Below, piece by piece: positions 10,456 through 22,719 of a stretch of 64,000 nt of DNA; the first letter of the stretch is position 1; every line of letters begins with the position of its first letter. The stretch lies in contig NIVC01000793.1 of NCBI GenBank assembly GCA_002269645.1, positions 124,001 to 188,000 of the forward strand. The letters are read 5' to 3'. Position numbers and translations under genes: made by a program. This DNA comes from Macrostomum lignano (taxonomy: Eukaryota). Below the pieces are notes generated by a model that was not told where the DNA came from, made no database searches, and worked only from the letters and a program-made list of their open reading frames with translations.

Positions 10456-11084
10456 ATTCAATAATGAACAATCCTAATGAGCATGGATTGCCTCTGCCAT
10501 TGAGTAAATGTAAGCTTGAACTTATTTTGTTTGACTTAAATGTTAAGCATGTATGTGATACAGAGAATACATAGACTACCTTCTCCCTTCACACCGTCAC
10601 AGCCCTGGACCTGGTAAAGGCATTTCTAGCCAAGGCTCAGTCAGACACCAAACCGCCCGAGTGCGCTGAACTGCCAGACAGCAACGAGGATGCTGTAATA
10701 GATGAGGCTAACAATCAGTCAGAATCAGATGATGAGCTAACTGAAGAGCAGGAGGAGGCCAATGGCAAAGTAATAGAGATGCAGTTGCAACTGTATGAGC
10801 GGCCAGATGATTCTGATGATGATGACAGTTCCTCAGCCTCATCTTCGTCAGATTCATCCGGCAGCAGCGAAGCGAATGCTGAACAAGTTGAAGATGCTGG
10901 CACTGACGCTGACGGGCACAAGCCTGCATCCTGCAGCTGCGCAGCCGGCTCGCTAGTGCCCTGCGAATCTGCCGCCTGTCCCAGGAAGCTCATTTCGGCT
11001 ACTAGAAATGGGCGCCGGCGTCGCTTCCTCATTGTCGGTTCAGGCCAGCCAGCCAAGAAACCTAATATTGAGGAATTGTCTTAG
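10456..11084 (+). CDS. NOPCHAP1: NOPCHAP1/C12orf45-like (DUF4598) protein; exons 10456-10509 and 10603-11084, 5' end uncertain
   Basis: Spliced read ...PLPLSK|SLDLVKAFL...KVIEMQLQLYE, an acidic Ser/Asp tract, and C-terminal KPNIEELS. This resembles my recollection of human LLDQVQTFL...KVIQMDVALFE...KIEVL. GT-AG phases match (T|gtaagc...cacag|CC). Confidence 0.55.
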
Positions 11085-11159
11085 ATAGACGCTTCTGACA
11101 CTGTGTACAGGTTGCAGAAGAATGCTTCACTCTGCCCGCTTCGCCCCAATCTCTTACTG

Positions 11160-12206
11160 TATGGTCACTCATCCTATGGTCACTCATCCTGTTGTCACTC
11201 ACCCTATGGTCACTCACTCTATGGTCACTCATCCTATGGTCACTCACTCTATGGTCACTCATCCTATGGTCACTCACTCTATGGTCACTCATCCTGTGGT
11301 CACTCATCCTGTTGTCACTCATCCTATGGTCACTCACTCTATGGTCACTCATCCTGTTGTCACTCACCCTATGGTCACTCACTCTATGGTCACTCACTCT
11401 ATGGTCACTCACTCTATGGTCACTCATCCTATGGTCACTCACTCTATGGTCACTCATCCTGTGGTCACTCATCCTGTTGTCACTCATCCTATGGTCACTC
11501 ACTCTATGGTCACTCACTCTATGGTCACTCACCCTATGGTCACTCACTCTATGGTACCTAGTCACCCTATGGTCACCACCCTATGGTCACTCACGACACT
11601 CACCCTATGGTCACTCATCCTGTTGTCACACCCTATGGTCACTCATCCTGTTGTCACTCACCCTATGGTCACTCATCCTGTTGTCACTCATCCTGTTGTC
11701 ACTCATCCTATGGTCACTCACTCTATGGTCACTCACTCTATGGTCACTCACCCTATGGTCACTCACTCTATGGTCACTCACCCTATGGTCACTCATCCTG
11801 TTGTCACTCACCCTATGGTCACTCATCCTGTTGTCACTCACCCTATGGTCACTCACTCTATGGTCACTCATCCTATGGCCACTCACTCTATGGTCACTCA
11901 TCCTGTGGTCACTCATCCTGTTGTCACTCATCCTATGGTCACTCACTCTATGGTCACTCACTCTATGGTACCTAGTCACCCTATGGTCACCACCCTATGG
12001 TCACTCACCCTATGGTCACTCACCCTATGGTCACTCACTTTATGGTACCTAGTCACCCTATGGTCACCACCCTATGGTCACTCATCCTATGGTCACTCAC
12101 CCTATGGTCACTCACCCTATGGTCACTCACTCTATGGTCACTCACCCTATGGTCACTCACCCTATGGTCACTCACCCTATGGTCACTCACTCTGTGGTCA
12201 CTCACC
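11160..12206. repeat. Minisatellite, 15-bp unit ATGGTCACTCA(C/T)(C/T)CT
   Basis: Direct tandem repeat; it generates the spurious MVTHP/WSLTL/SDHRV ORFs. Confidence 0.97.
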
Positions 12207-12620
12207 GGTAATCTGTGACCTACCTCTGAGTCCGACCAGCTCCTCACTCACTGGCCAGCGAAATGTGGCAGAGTCAAGCATTTTAGTTGTCCTTAGTGCT
12301 TAGTTGTCCATATTCTTTTTTGTTATATTTCATTATAATATATGCCTTACAATGTCTGCTAAATCTTACGAACTCAATGAAGCACTCTTGTTGGTGAAAT
12401 GGTGTGTGAAAAATGAATAGATTTTAATAATAAAAATGCGATTGCATTTGATTTGTTAAATTAAAATTTGTTGCATTTTAGGAGTACCAAATTTCAATTT
12501 GGCCTATTTTGGTGTATTTCTGTCTGACTTGCACTTTTGAGTTGTTTAAAAACACAGAAAAAATCTCTGGACTTTTCAGTGATGTTACGCTGTGTTTCCA
12601 TTTTTTGTGAGTGGCTTACT

Positions 12621-13497
12621 TTGGGTCACTGCTATGTCCTCAGACTGGATCACTCCCGTGTTCTTAGGCTGGGTCACTCCCGTGTCCTCAAACTGGGTCA
12701 CTCCCGTGTCCTCAGACTGGGTCGCTCCCGTGTTCTTAGGCTGGGTCACTCCCGTGTCCTCAGACTGGATCACTCCCGTGTTCTTAGGCTGGGTCACTCC
12801 CGTGTCCTCAGGCTGGGTCACTCCCGTGTCCTCAGGCTGGGTCGCTCCCGTGTCCTCAAACTGGGTCACTCCCGTGTCCTCAGACTGGGTCGCTCCCGTG
12901 TTTTTAGGCTGGGTCACTCCCGTGTCCTCAAACTGGGTCGCTCCCGTGTCCTCAGGCTGGGTCACTCCCGTGTCCTCAGGCTGGGTCACTCCCGTGTCCT
13001 CCGGCTGTGTCACTCCCGTGTCCTCAGGCTGGGTCACTCCCGTGTCCTCAGGCTGTGTCACTCCCGTGTCCTCCGGCTGTGTCACTCCCGTGTCCTCAGG
13101 CTGGGTCACTCCCGTGTCCTCAGGCTGGGTCACTCCCGTGTCCTCAGGCTGGGTCAATCCCGTGTCCTCAGGCTGGGTCACTCCCGTGTTGTCAGGCTGG
13201 GTCACTCCCGTGTCCTCCGGCTGTGTCACTCCCGTGTCCTCAGGCTGGGTCACTCCCGTGTCCTCAGGCTGGGTCACTCCCGTGTCCTCAGGCTGGGTCA
13301 CTCCCGTGTCCTCAGGCTGGGTCACTCCCGTGTTCTCAGGCTGGGTCACTCCCGTGTTCTCAGGCTGGGTCACTCCCGTGTTCTCAGGCTGGGTCAGTCC
13401 CGTGTTGTCAGGCTGGGTCACTCCCGTGTTCTCAGGCTGGGTCACTCCCGTGTCCTCAGGCTGGGTCACTCCCGTGTCCTCAGGCTGGGTCATCCTC
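12621..13497. repeat. Minisatellite, 24-bp unit CTGGGTCACTCCCGTGTCCTCAGG
   Basis: Direct tandem repeat of ~36 copies. Confidence 0.97.
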
Positions 13498-13603
13498 CGG
13501 TTCAAATACCCCAGACGATTCGGTTTAGCAGCACTGAAACTCAGGCATAAACTGCAACCATTGCAGAGGTCACCGCTAGGCGCTCACCTGTGCCGCAGCA
13601 ATT

Positions 13604-15507
13604 ATGGTGATCACCGCCAGCTCCAGGGCGGCACTGAGAGTGCTGCTACTAGGCAGCGACCAATTCACCTCCATTCACTTGCTCCGGCTATTTGAAATGT
13701 TTCAAGTCGGTAGGCTAGCCAGACTCGAACTCATGACCGCCGGGCCCAGCCAGTGTCCCGCTAGGCGCCTGGCTACTCAGCTCAGCCTGCCCGTGCACGC
13801 CTGGCAACCAACTGGTTTTCAGTTTGATCAGTTCGACATCGGCGTAGTGGCATCGTTTGGCCGGTTCATTCCGGCTAGCGTGCTACACCAGTGGCCTCTT
13901 GGCGCCATCAATGTGCATCCCAGCCTCCTGCCTAGGTGGCGCGGCTCAGCGCCGATCCTGTACACCATCCTGGCCGGGGATGCCTTCACTGGCGTGTCCA
14001 TCACTGAGGTATCCGCCAGCGGATTCGACAAGGGTGGAGTTCTGCTCCAGCGAAGATTGGAACTGGCTGGAGACGAGACGGCGCCAATGCTGGTTGACAG
14101 GCTGGCCGGTCTGGGCTGCGACTGTCTGGAAGCGACGCTTGACGACCTGCCGGCTGCCCGGCGGGCCGCGGTGTCGCAGGCGGATCTGCCCTATGCGAGA
14201 TCGCTGGCTAAAAGGTTGGTAAACCGAATGAAATTGAATCACTTCAGAGTGAATCATTCTAAAACTGCTCATTGTGAATCACTCTGAAACTGCTCATTGT
14301 GAATCACTCTGAAACTGCTTATTGTGAATCACTCTGAAACTGCTCATTGTGAATCATTCTGAAACTGCTCATTGTGAATCACTCTGAAACTGCTCATTGT
14401 GAATCATTCTGAAACTGCTCATTGTGAATCACTCTGAAACTGCTCATTGTGAATCATTCTGAAACTGCTCATTGTGAATCACTCTGAAACTGCTCATTGT
14501 GAATCATTCTGAAACTGCTCATTGTGAATCATTCTGAAACTGCTCATTGTGAATCACTCTGAAACTGCTCATTGTGAATCACTCTGAAACTGCTCATTGT
14601 GAATCACTCTGAAACTGCTCATTGTGAATCACTCTGAAACTGCTCATTGTGAATCACTCTGAAACTGCTCATTGTGAATCACTCTGAAACTGCTCATTGT
14701 GAATCACTCCCCAGCTCACTGAGAATCACTCCCCAGTTCATTGAGAATCACTCCCCAGCTCACTGAGAGTCACTCCCCAGCTCATTAAGAATCACTCCCC
14801 AGCTCACTGAGAGTCACTCCCCAGCTCATTAAGTATCACTCCCCAGCTCATTAAGAATCACTCCCCAGCTCATTGAGAATCACTCCCCAGCTCATTGAGA
14901 ATCAATCCCCAGCTCACTGAGAGTCACTCCCCAGCTTATTGAGAATCACTCCCCAGTTCACTGAGAGTCACTCCCCAGCTCATTGAGAATCACTCCCCAG
15001 CTCATTGAGAATCACTCCCCAGCTCACTGAGAATCACTCTCCTTGCCTATCAGGCCGGACCCCACCTTCGCCCACCTGGACTGGTCCTGTATGAGCGCCG
15101 GCCAGGTGGACCGGACAGTCCGGGCAGTCGGACACGCCTGGCCGCTGCGCTGTCGCATCGAATTCGGCGGAACTCGTCACGGACGTCGCGAAGCCCCCGT
15201 CACTCTAGCCGGCCACCGGCGTGTCAATCTCGGACAAGCGTCCGAACTGCCCGGACAGATTCGGGTAGACTTGGACAGCGGCCTGATGCTTATTGGCTGT
15301 TCGGACGGCGGCTGGGCGGGTTTCACCAGTCTGACCAGGGCGGGGAAGCCCAAGCTAACGGCCAGCGAGATGCGCAATGGCTATCTAGCTAGCCGAGGGT
15401 CCTGGGCTCGACTCATTGGCTTGCCAAACGGCTATTTCTCAGCGCCAGCTAGAAAGCCAGTGACCTTAGCAAAGAATGATAATGCCGAGGTCTCCTATAG
15501 TTCTTGA
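13604..15507 (+). CDS. MTFMT: Methionyl-tRNA formyltransferase, mitochondrial type; exons 13604-14214 and 15054-15507
   Basis: RVLLLGSDQF, VASFGRFIP, INVHPSLLPRWRGSAPI, TGVSI...FDKG motifs. Phase-2 intron AG|gttggt...tatcag|G joins into the Fmt C-terminal domain (AHLDW...). Start codon uncertain. Confidence 0.9.
14251..14708. repeat. Intronic minisatellite, 25-bp unit GAATCACTCTGAAACTGCTCATTGT
   Basis: Direct tandem repeat in the MTFMT intron. Confidence 0.96.
14702..15041. repeat. Intronic minisatellite, 22-bp unit GAGAATCACTCCCCAGCTCATT
   Basis: Direct tandem repeat abutting the previous array and running up to the splice acceptor. Confidence 0.96.
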
Positions 15508-15801
15508 ATATTTGTGCATTTCTAGATTCAATTTTATCTTGCGTAACGTATGTACGAGTATATCATAAATGTTAAATTGTATTTCAGTTTTTTTATGTAC
15601 GTGGTTTACTTATGGTTATTTAAAAGTGAAATAAATAGCTCGATTGTTGGCTTGCTTGAATTGCTGGGGACTTCAATTAATCCTTTATTTTCTTTTTTAA
15701 TGGTGCTTTGATTTAAATAATTAAATTCGTATAAATATTTATTTAACTTGCTCTCCCTCTGTTCGAGCTTCACTTTTAGCTTGTGCGCGACTTCACCATT
15801 T

Positions 15802-16164
15802 AGTCTGTGAGCAGCTTCCCTATTAGCCTGTGAGCAGCTTCCATATTAGCCTGTGAGCAGCTTCCCTATTAGCCTGTAGGCAGCTTCCCTATTAGCCTGT
15901 GATCAGCTTCCCTATTAGCCTGTGAGCAGCTTCCCTATTAGCCTGTGAGCAGCTTCCCTATTAGCCTGTGAGCAGCTTCACTATTAGCCTGTGAGCAGCT
16001 TCACTATTAGCCTGTGAGCAGCTTCCCTATTAGCCTGTGATCAGTTTCACTATTAGCCTGTGAGCAGCTTCCCTATTAGCCTGTGATCAGTTTCACTATT
16101 AGCCTGTGAGCAGCTTCCCTATTAGCCTGTGAGCAGCTTCCCTATTAGCCTGTGAGCAGCTTCC
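15802..16164. repeat. Minisatellite, 23-bp unit AGCCTGTGAGCAGCTTCCCTATT
   Basis: Direct tandem repeat ending ~38 nt before the EMC7 ATG. Confidence 0.96.
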
Positions 16165-16201
16165 AAAGTCGTAATCACAGCCCAAACATGCAGTTTCAGA
16201 A

Positions 16202-16888
16202 ATGACATCCAAGTGCATCTCTTTGAAAGCCCTGACAGCCCTGGCGGCATTCGCCTGCCTTCTGCCTGTCAGCCGCGGCCACACCATCGAAGGCGTCATC
16301 GAGCAGCCAATGGACGCCGATGCGGACTTCCTAGCTAAGACTCGAATCACCGTAGACTCTGGCAACTACCTGGGCTTCATTCGTGCTAATCGAACTTTTA
16401 TAGTGCAGCACGTGCCCAGCGGATCCTTTGTAGTTGAAGCCATCCACCCAAACTACCTGTTCGAGCCGATGCGAGTCGATGTCGCCAGTAGCGGCAAGAT
16501 CCGCGCCCGCAAGCTGAACTTCCTGCAGCCGGCGCTGGTTAAAAAGCTGACCTATCCGCTGCGCTTTGTCAGCCTAGGCCGGGCCGCGTACTTTCAGCAG
16601 CGGGAACAGCTGAGAACGCTTGACCTGCTCATGAACCCGTCTGTGCTGATCATGGTGGTGCCCATGCTAATCCTGCTAGTTATGCCTAAGCTGATGAACA
16701 CCCAGGATCCCGAGGTGCGCAAGGAGATGCAACAGCAAATGAACTTTTTTAGTAACAAGCAGAACATGCCGGACGTTGCTGAGACTCTCAGCAATTGGTT
16801 TGGCGGCGGCGGCAGCAGCGGCAGCAGGCGATCCGGTAGCGCGTTGAAGGACGCGAAGCGACCTGGTGTGAAGAAGCGAGCCGCCTGA
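16202..16888 (+). CDS. EMC7: ER membrane protein complex subunit 7 (intronless CDS)
   Basis: Signal peptide, GFIRANRTFIVQHVPSGSFVVE..HPNYLFEPMRVDV...GKIRAR, YFQQRE, LLMNP plus TM helix, DPEVRKEM: characteristic EMC7 (DUF2012) motifs. Confidence 0.93.
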   Translation: MTSKCISLKALTALAAFACLLPVSRGHTIEGVIEQPMDADADFLAKTRITVDSGNYLGFIRANRTFIVQHVPSGSFVVEAIHPNYLFEPMRVDVASSGKIRARKLNFLQPALVKKLTYPLRFVSLGRAAYFQQREQLRTLDLLMNPSVLIMVVPMLILLVMPKLMNTQDPEVRKEMQQQMNFFSNKQNMPDVAETLSNWFGGGGSSGSRRSGSALKDAKRPGVKKRAA

Positions 16889-16903
16889 GAACAGTCGATT
16901 AGT

Positions 16904-19207
16904 GTATTGCTTTTGTCAGTGAAGTTGATAGATAGCCAATCAAGTGGATAAATAGCTAATCAAGTGAATAAATAGCCAATCAAGTGGATAAATAGCTAAT
17001 CAAGTGAATAAATAGCCAATCAAGTGGATAAATAGCCAATCAAGTGGATAAATAGCCAATCAAGTGAATAAATAGCCAATCAAGTGGATAAATAGCTAAT
17101 CAAGTGAATAAATAGCTAATCAATTGGATAAATAGCCAATCAAGTGGATAAATAGCCAATCAAGTGAATAAATAGCTAATCAATTGGATAAATAGCTAAT
17201 CAAGTGAATAAATAGCTAATCAATTGGATAAATAGCCAATCAAGTGGATAAATAGCCAATCAAGTGAATAAATAGCCAATCAAGTGAATAAATAGCCAAT
17301 CAAGTGGATAAATAGCCAATAAAGTGAATAAATAGCCAATCAAGTGGATAAATAGCCAATCAAGTGAATAAATAGCCAATCAAGTGGATAAATAGCTAAT
17401 CAAGTGAATAAATAGCTAATCAATTGGATAAATAGCCAATCAAGTGGATAAATAGCCAATCAAGTGAATAAATAGCTAATCAATTGGATAAATAGCTAAT
17501 CAAGTGAATAAATAGCTAATCAATTGGATAAATAGCCAATCAAGTGGATAAATAGCCAATCAAGTGAATAAATAGCCAATCAAGTGAATAAATAGCCAAT
17601 CAAGTGGATAAATAGCCAATCAAGTGGATAAATAGCCAATCAATTGGATAAATAGCCAATCAAGTGGATAAATAGCCAATCAAGTGGATAAATAGCTAAT
17701 CAAGTGAATAAATAGCTAATCAATTGGATAAATAGCCAATCAAGTGGATAAATAGCCAATCAAGTGGATAAATAGCTAATCAAGTGAATAAATAGCTAAT
17801 CAATTGGATAAATAGCCAATCAAGTGGATAAATAGCCAATCAAGTGGATAAATAGCCAATCAAGTGGATAAATAGCCAATCAAGTGGATAAATAGCCAAT
17901 CAAGTGAATAAATAGCTAATCAATTGGATAAATAGCCAATCAAGTGGATAAATAGCCAATCAAGTGAATAAATAGCCAATCAAGTGAATAAATAGCCAAT
18001 CAAGTGGATAAATAGCCAATAAAGTGAATAAATAGCCAATCAAGTGGATAAATAGCCAATCAAGTGAATAAATAGCCAATCAAGTGGATAAATAGCTAAT
18101 CAAGTGAATAAATAGCTAATCAATTGGATAAATAGCCAATCAAGTGGATAAATAGCCAATCAAGTGAATAAATAGCTAATCAATTGGATAAATAGCTAAT
18201 CAAGTGAATAAATAGCTAATCAATTGGATAAATAGCCAATCAAGTGGATAAATAGCCAATCAAGTGAATAAATAGCCAATCAAGTGAATAAATAGCCAAT
18301 CAAGTGGATAAATAGCCAATCAAGTGGATAAATAGCCAATCAAGTGGATAAATAGCCAATCAAGTGGATAAATAGCTAATCAAGTGAATAAATAGCTAAT
18401 CAATTGGATAAATAGCCAATCAAGTGGATAAATAGCCAATCAAGTGGATAAATAGCTAATCAAGTGAATAAATAGCTAATCAATTGGATAAATAGCCAAT
18501 CAAGTGGATAAATAGCCAATCAAGTGGATAAATAGCCAATCAAGTGGATAAATAGCCAATCAAGTGGATAAATAGCCAATCAAGTGAATAAATAGCTAAT
18601 CAATTGGATAAATAGCCAATCAAGTGGATAAATAGCCAATCAAGTGGATAAATAGCTAATCAAGTGAATAAATAGCTAATCAATTGGATAAATAGCCAAT
18701 CAAGTGGATAAATAGCCAATCAAGTGAATAAATAGCCAATCAAGTGGATAAATAGCCAATCAAGTGGATAAATAGCCAATAAAGTGAATAAATAGCCAAT
18801 AAAGTGAATAAATAGCCAATCAAGTGGATAAATAGCCAATAAAGTGAATAAATAGCCAATCAAGTGAATAAATAGCCAATAAAGTGAATAAATAGCCAAT
18901 CAAGTGAATAAATAGCCAATCAAGTGGATAAAAAGCCAACCCAGTGGATAAATAGCCAATCAAGTGAATAAATAGCCAATCAAGTGAATAAATAGCCAAT
19001 CAAGTGGATAAATAGCCAATCAAGTGGATAAATAGCCAATCAAGTGGATAAATAGCTAATCAAGTGAATAAATAGCCAATCAAGTGGATAAATAGCCAAC
19101 CCAGTGGATAAATAGCCAATCAAGTGAATAAATAGCCAATCAAGTGGATAAAAAGCCAATCTGCACTTGATCTGCTTAATTATCAACTTCACTGACAAAA
19201 GCAATAC
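16904..19207. mobile_element. TIR-bounded element filled by a 20-bp satellite
   Basis: Perfect 27-bp inverted repeat GTATTGCTTTTGTCAGTGAAGTTGATA (16904-16930) / TATCAACTTCACTGACAAAAGCAATAC (19181-19207). A related solo sequence lies at 32837-32862. Confidence 0.65.
16933..19161. repeat. Satellite, 20-bp unit AGCCAATCAAGTGGATAAAT, ~110 copies
   Basis: Direct tandem repeat with recurring variant blocks (higher-order structure). Confidence 0.98.
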
Positions 19208-19800
19208 CACTGATACATAAACAGCTACAAGTTGAAGGGCGCTTCACCTCTGAAATAGTGTAATTTTCACTGGAAGCCGTGATAGGAAGTTACCATAGGA
19301 GTTACCAATAATAAAAAAGTTGTTCAACAAGTTTTTAAATGCTAGTTGAGACCGGCACACATGAAATTTTGCTTGAGAATTTCAAATTTGAGATACTGCC
19401 AACTCTGTTGCTAAATAAACTGAAAACCTCCTATCTCGCAAATGCATTTTTCTGCAAAGAAGAATCAGTGAAATTTGTTGTGAATTTCTAGTGCAGCGCC
19501 CACCTACCTTAGCTGTCCATCCATCTACTAATGATAATAAATATTAAATAAAATATGCTACCATACGTGTTGGATCATCCCTGCTTTAATTTTGCAGTTC
19601 TCTGTTGTAAATTTTTTTGCGTTTGAAAGTTTCAAAAGGGTTTGAAAGGGTTTGTCACCTATTAAAACTCATGGAACTTAATTCTATGCTTCTATTATAT
19701 TTTTATTCAGTTTTTATCCTGTTACTGGCACTACACTAATCTGTGCTATTTGTAAGAACTAACACGCACACTGCGCTAAGTCTTTACTCTTGACCGTTGA

Positions 19801-21995
19801 AAACGCCTCAAAGAATCGCTAAAGAGTCATTGCAAACAGCGACTCGCAGATAAAACGCCTCAAAGAATCGCTAAAGAGTCATTGCAAACAGCGACTCGCA
19901 GATAAAACGCCTCAAAGAATCGCTAAAGAGTCATTGCAAACAGCGACTCGCAGATAAAACGCCTCAAAGAATCGCTAAAGAGTCATTGCAAACAGCGACT
20001 CGCAGATAAAACGCCTCAAAGAATCGCTAAAGAGTCATTGCAAACAGCGACTCGCAGATAAAACGCCTCAAAGAATCGCTAAAGAGTCATTGCAAACAGC
20101 GACTCGCAGATAAAACGCCTCAAAGAATCGCTAAAGAGTCATTGCAAACAGCGACTCGCAGATAAAACGCCTCAAAGAATCGCTAAAGAGTCATTGCAAA
20201 CAGCGACTCGCAGATAAAACGCCTCAAAGAATCGCTAAAGAGTCATTGCAAACAGCGACTCGCAGATAAAACGCCTCAAAGAATCGCTAAAGAGTCATTG
20301 CAAACAGCGACTCGCAGATAAAACGCCTCAAAGAATCGCTAAAGAGTCATTGCAAACAGCGACTCGCAGATAAAACGCCTCAAAGAATCGCTAAAGAGTC
20401 ATTGCAAACAGCGACTCGCAGATAAAACGCCTCAAAGAATCGCTAAAGAGTCATTGCAAACAGCGACTCGCAGATAAAACGCCTCAAAGAATCGCTAAAG
20501 AGTCATTGCAAACAGCGACTCGCAGATAAAACGCCTTAAAGAATCGCTAAAGAGTCATTGCAAACAGCGACTCGCAGATAAAACGCCTCAAAGAATCGCT
20601 AAAGAGTCATTGCAAACAGCGACTCGCAGATAAAACGCCTCAAAGAATCGCTAAAGAGTCATTGCAAACAGCGACTCGCAGATAAAACGCCTCAAAGAAT
20701 CGCTAAAGAGTCATTGCAAACAGCGACTCGCAGATAAAACGCCTCAAAGAATCGCTAAAGAGTCATTGCAAACAGCGACTCGCAGATAAAACGCCTCAAA
20801 GAATCGCTAAAGAGTCATTGCAAACAGCGACTCGCAGATAAAACGCCTCAAAGAATCGCTAAAGAGTCATTGCAAACAGCGACTCGCAGATAAAACGCCT
20901 CAAAGAATCGCTAAAGAGTCATTGCAAACAGCGACTCGCAGATAAAACGCCTCAAAGAATCGCTAAAGAGTCATTGCAAACAGCGACTCGCAGATAAAAC
21001 GCCTCAAAGAATCGCTAAAGAGTCATTGCAAACAGCGACTCGCAGATAAAACGCCTCAAAGAATCGCTAAAGAGTCATTGCAAACAGCGACTCGCAGATA
21101 AAACGCCTCAAAGAATCGCTAAAGAGTCATTGCAAACAGCGACTCGCAGATAAAACGCCTCAAAGAATCGCTAAAGAGTCATTGCAAACAGCGACTCGCA
21201 GATAAAACGCCTCAAAGAATCGCTAAAGAGTCATTGCAAACAGCGACTCGCAGATAAAACGCCTCAAAGAATCGCTAAAGAGTCATTGCAAACAGCGACT
21301 CGCAGATAAAACGCCTCAAAGAATCGCTAAAGAGTCATTGCAAACAGCGACTCGCAGATAAAACGCCTCAAAGAATCGCTAAAGAGTCATTGCAAACAGC
21401 GACTCGCAGATAAAACGCCTCAAAGAATCGCTAAAGAGTCATTGCAAACAGCGACTCGCAGATAAAACGCCTCAAAGAATCGCTAAAGAGTCATTGCAAA
21501 CAGCGACTCGCAGATAAAACGCCTCAAAGAATCGCTAAAGAGTCATTGCAAACAGCGACTCGCAGATAAAACGCCTCAAAGAATCGCTAAAGAGTCATTG
21601 CAAACAGCGACTCGCAGATAAAACGCCTTAAAGAATCGCTAAAGAGTCATTGCAAACAGCGACTCGCAGATAAAACGCCTCAAAGAATCGCTAAAGAGTC
21701 ATTGCAAACAGCGACTCGCAGATAAAACGCCTCAAAGAATCGCTAAAGAGTCATTGCAAACAGCGACTCGCAGATAAAACGCCTCAAAGAATCGCTAAAG
21801 AGTCATTGCAAACAGCGACTCGCAGATAAAACGCCTCAAAGAATCGCTAAAGAGTCATTGCAAACAGCGACTCGCAGATAAAACGCCTCAAAGAATCGCT
21901 AAAGAGTCATTGCAAACAGCGACTCGCAGATAAAACGCCTCAAAGAATCGCTAAAGAGTCATTGCAAACAGCGACTCGCAGATAAAACGCCTCAA
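19801..21995. repeat. Highly homogeneous satellite, 52-bp unit, ~42 copies
   Basis: Unit AAACGCCTCAAAGAATCGCTAAAGAGTCATTGCAAACAGCGACTCGCAGATA. Only two variant bases seen (20537, 21629). Confidence 0.98.
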
Positions 21996-22719
21996 ATTGA
22001 CTCTTAGGCGACTCTTTGACGACTTCTTGGCGGCTTAGTACCGTGGCATCGTTTTAGAGTCGCCTATAGAGTCACTTTCATATTTTACTTGTGTTACCTA
22101 CCGTGACTCTTAAGACGATTCTTGGCCTAAATACTGTTTTCAGCGGGATGAGGATAATTAGGCACTGACAGGCATTCCCCCCCCTGTCACTTGCCAAGTT
22201 AAATTTCATTTTCTGATCGATTATTATTGTAGATTTTTGTTGCGTTATGTGTATGCAAGATTTCTTTATCAGTAGTCATGTTGATAAAATTGGTCTATTT
22301 GGATTTGAATGTATAATAACTAAATTCATTTTTCTATGATACACTAATTATTTTAGTTTTGCCTCTGGTTCCTTCTCTCCCCTCCCTGTGCTCCCCTGAT
22401 TCTGATGCTTTTTTTGTTTCCAATTTTCTGTTGCAGTTTGTGACGCATCGATTGGTATAAGCCAACTATATTTTGGTTTTAGAGCACTGCTCACACTGGC
22501 TTTGGGTAAAGCTGTCAGTAAATATTCCTCCTGTCTATCCAAGTGTATACGACTTAAAAACTCTATGGTTAAATATATTAATTGCTTTTCAAGGTGGACA
22601 AGCCAAATTTGTCATGCCCAATAGGAGCTAACACGTTTGATTTTGTTGCTTAGGTATTATTTTCTTTTCAATTTTGAATGCAGTTGAGAAGACAGGGATG
22701 CTTAAGCCTCTGTCCCTCC

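Noticed and set aside
11062-13695. Long ORFs (MVTHP, WSLTL, SDHRV, LRLGHSRV, GVTQPED repeats)
   Set aside because: They are open in several frames and on both strands because the unit length is a multiple of 3. No unique domains or splice links.
19801-21995. CRISPR-like regular repeat with internal palindrome
   Set aside because: Units are contiguous and identical, with no unique spacers or cas genes, in a eukaryotic context.
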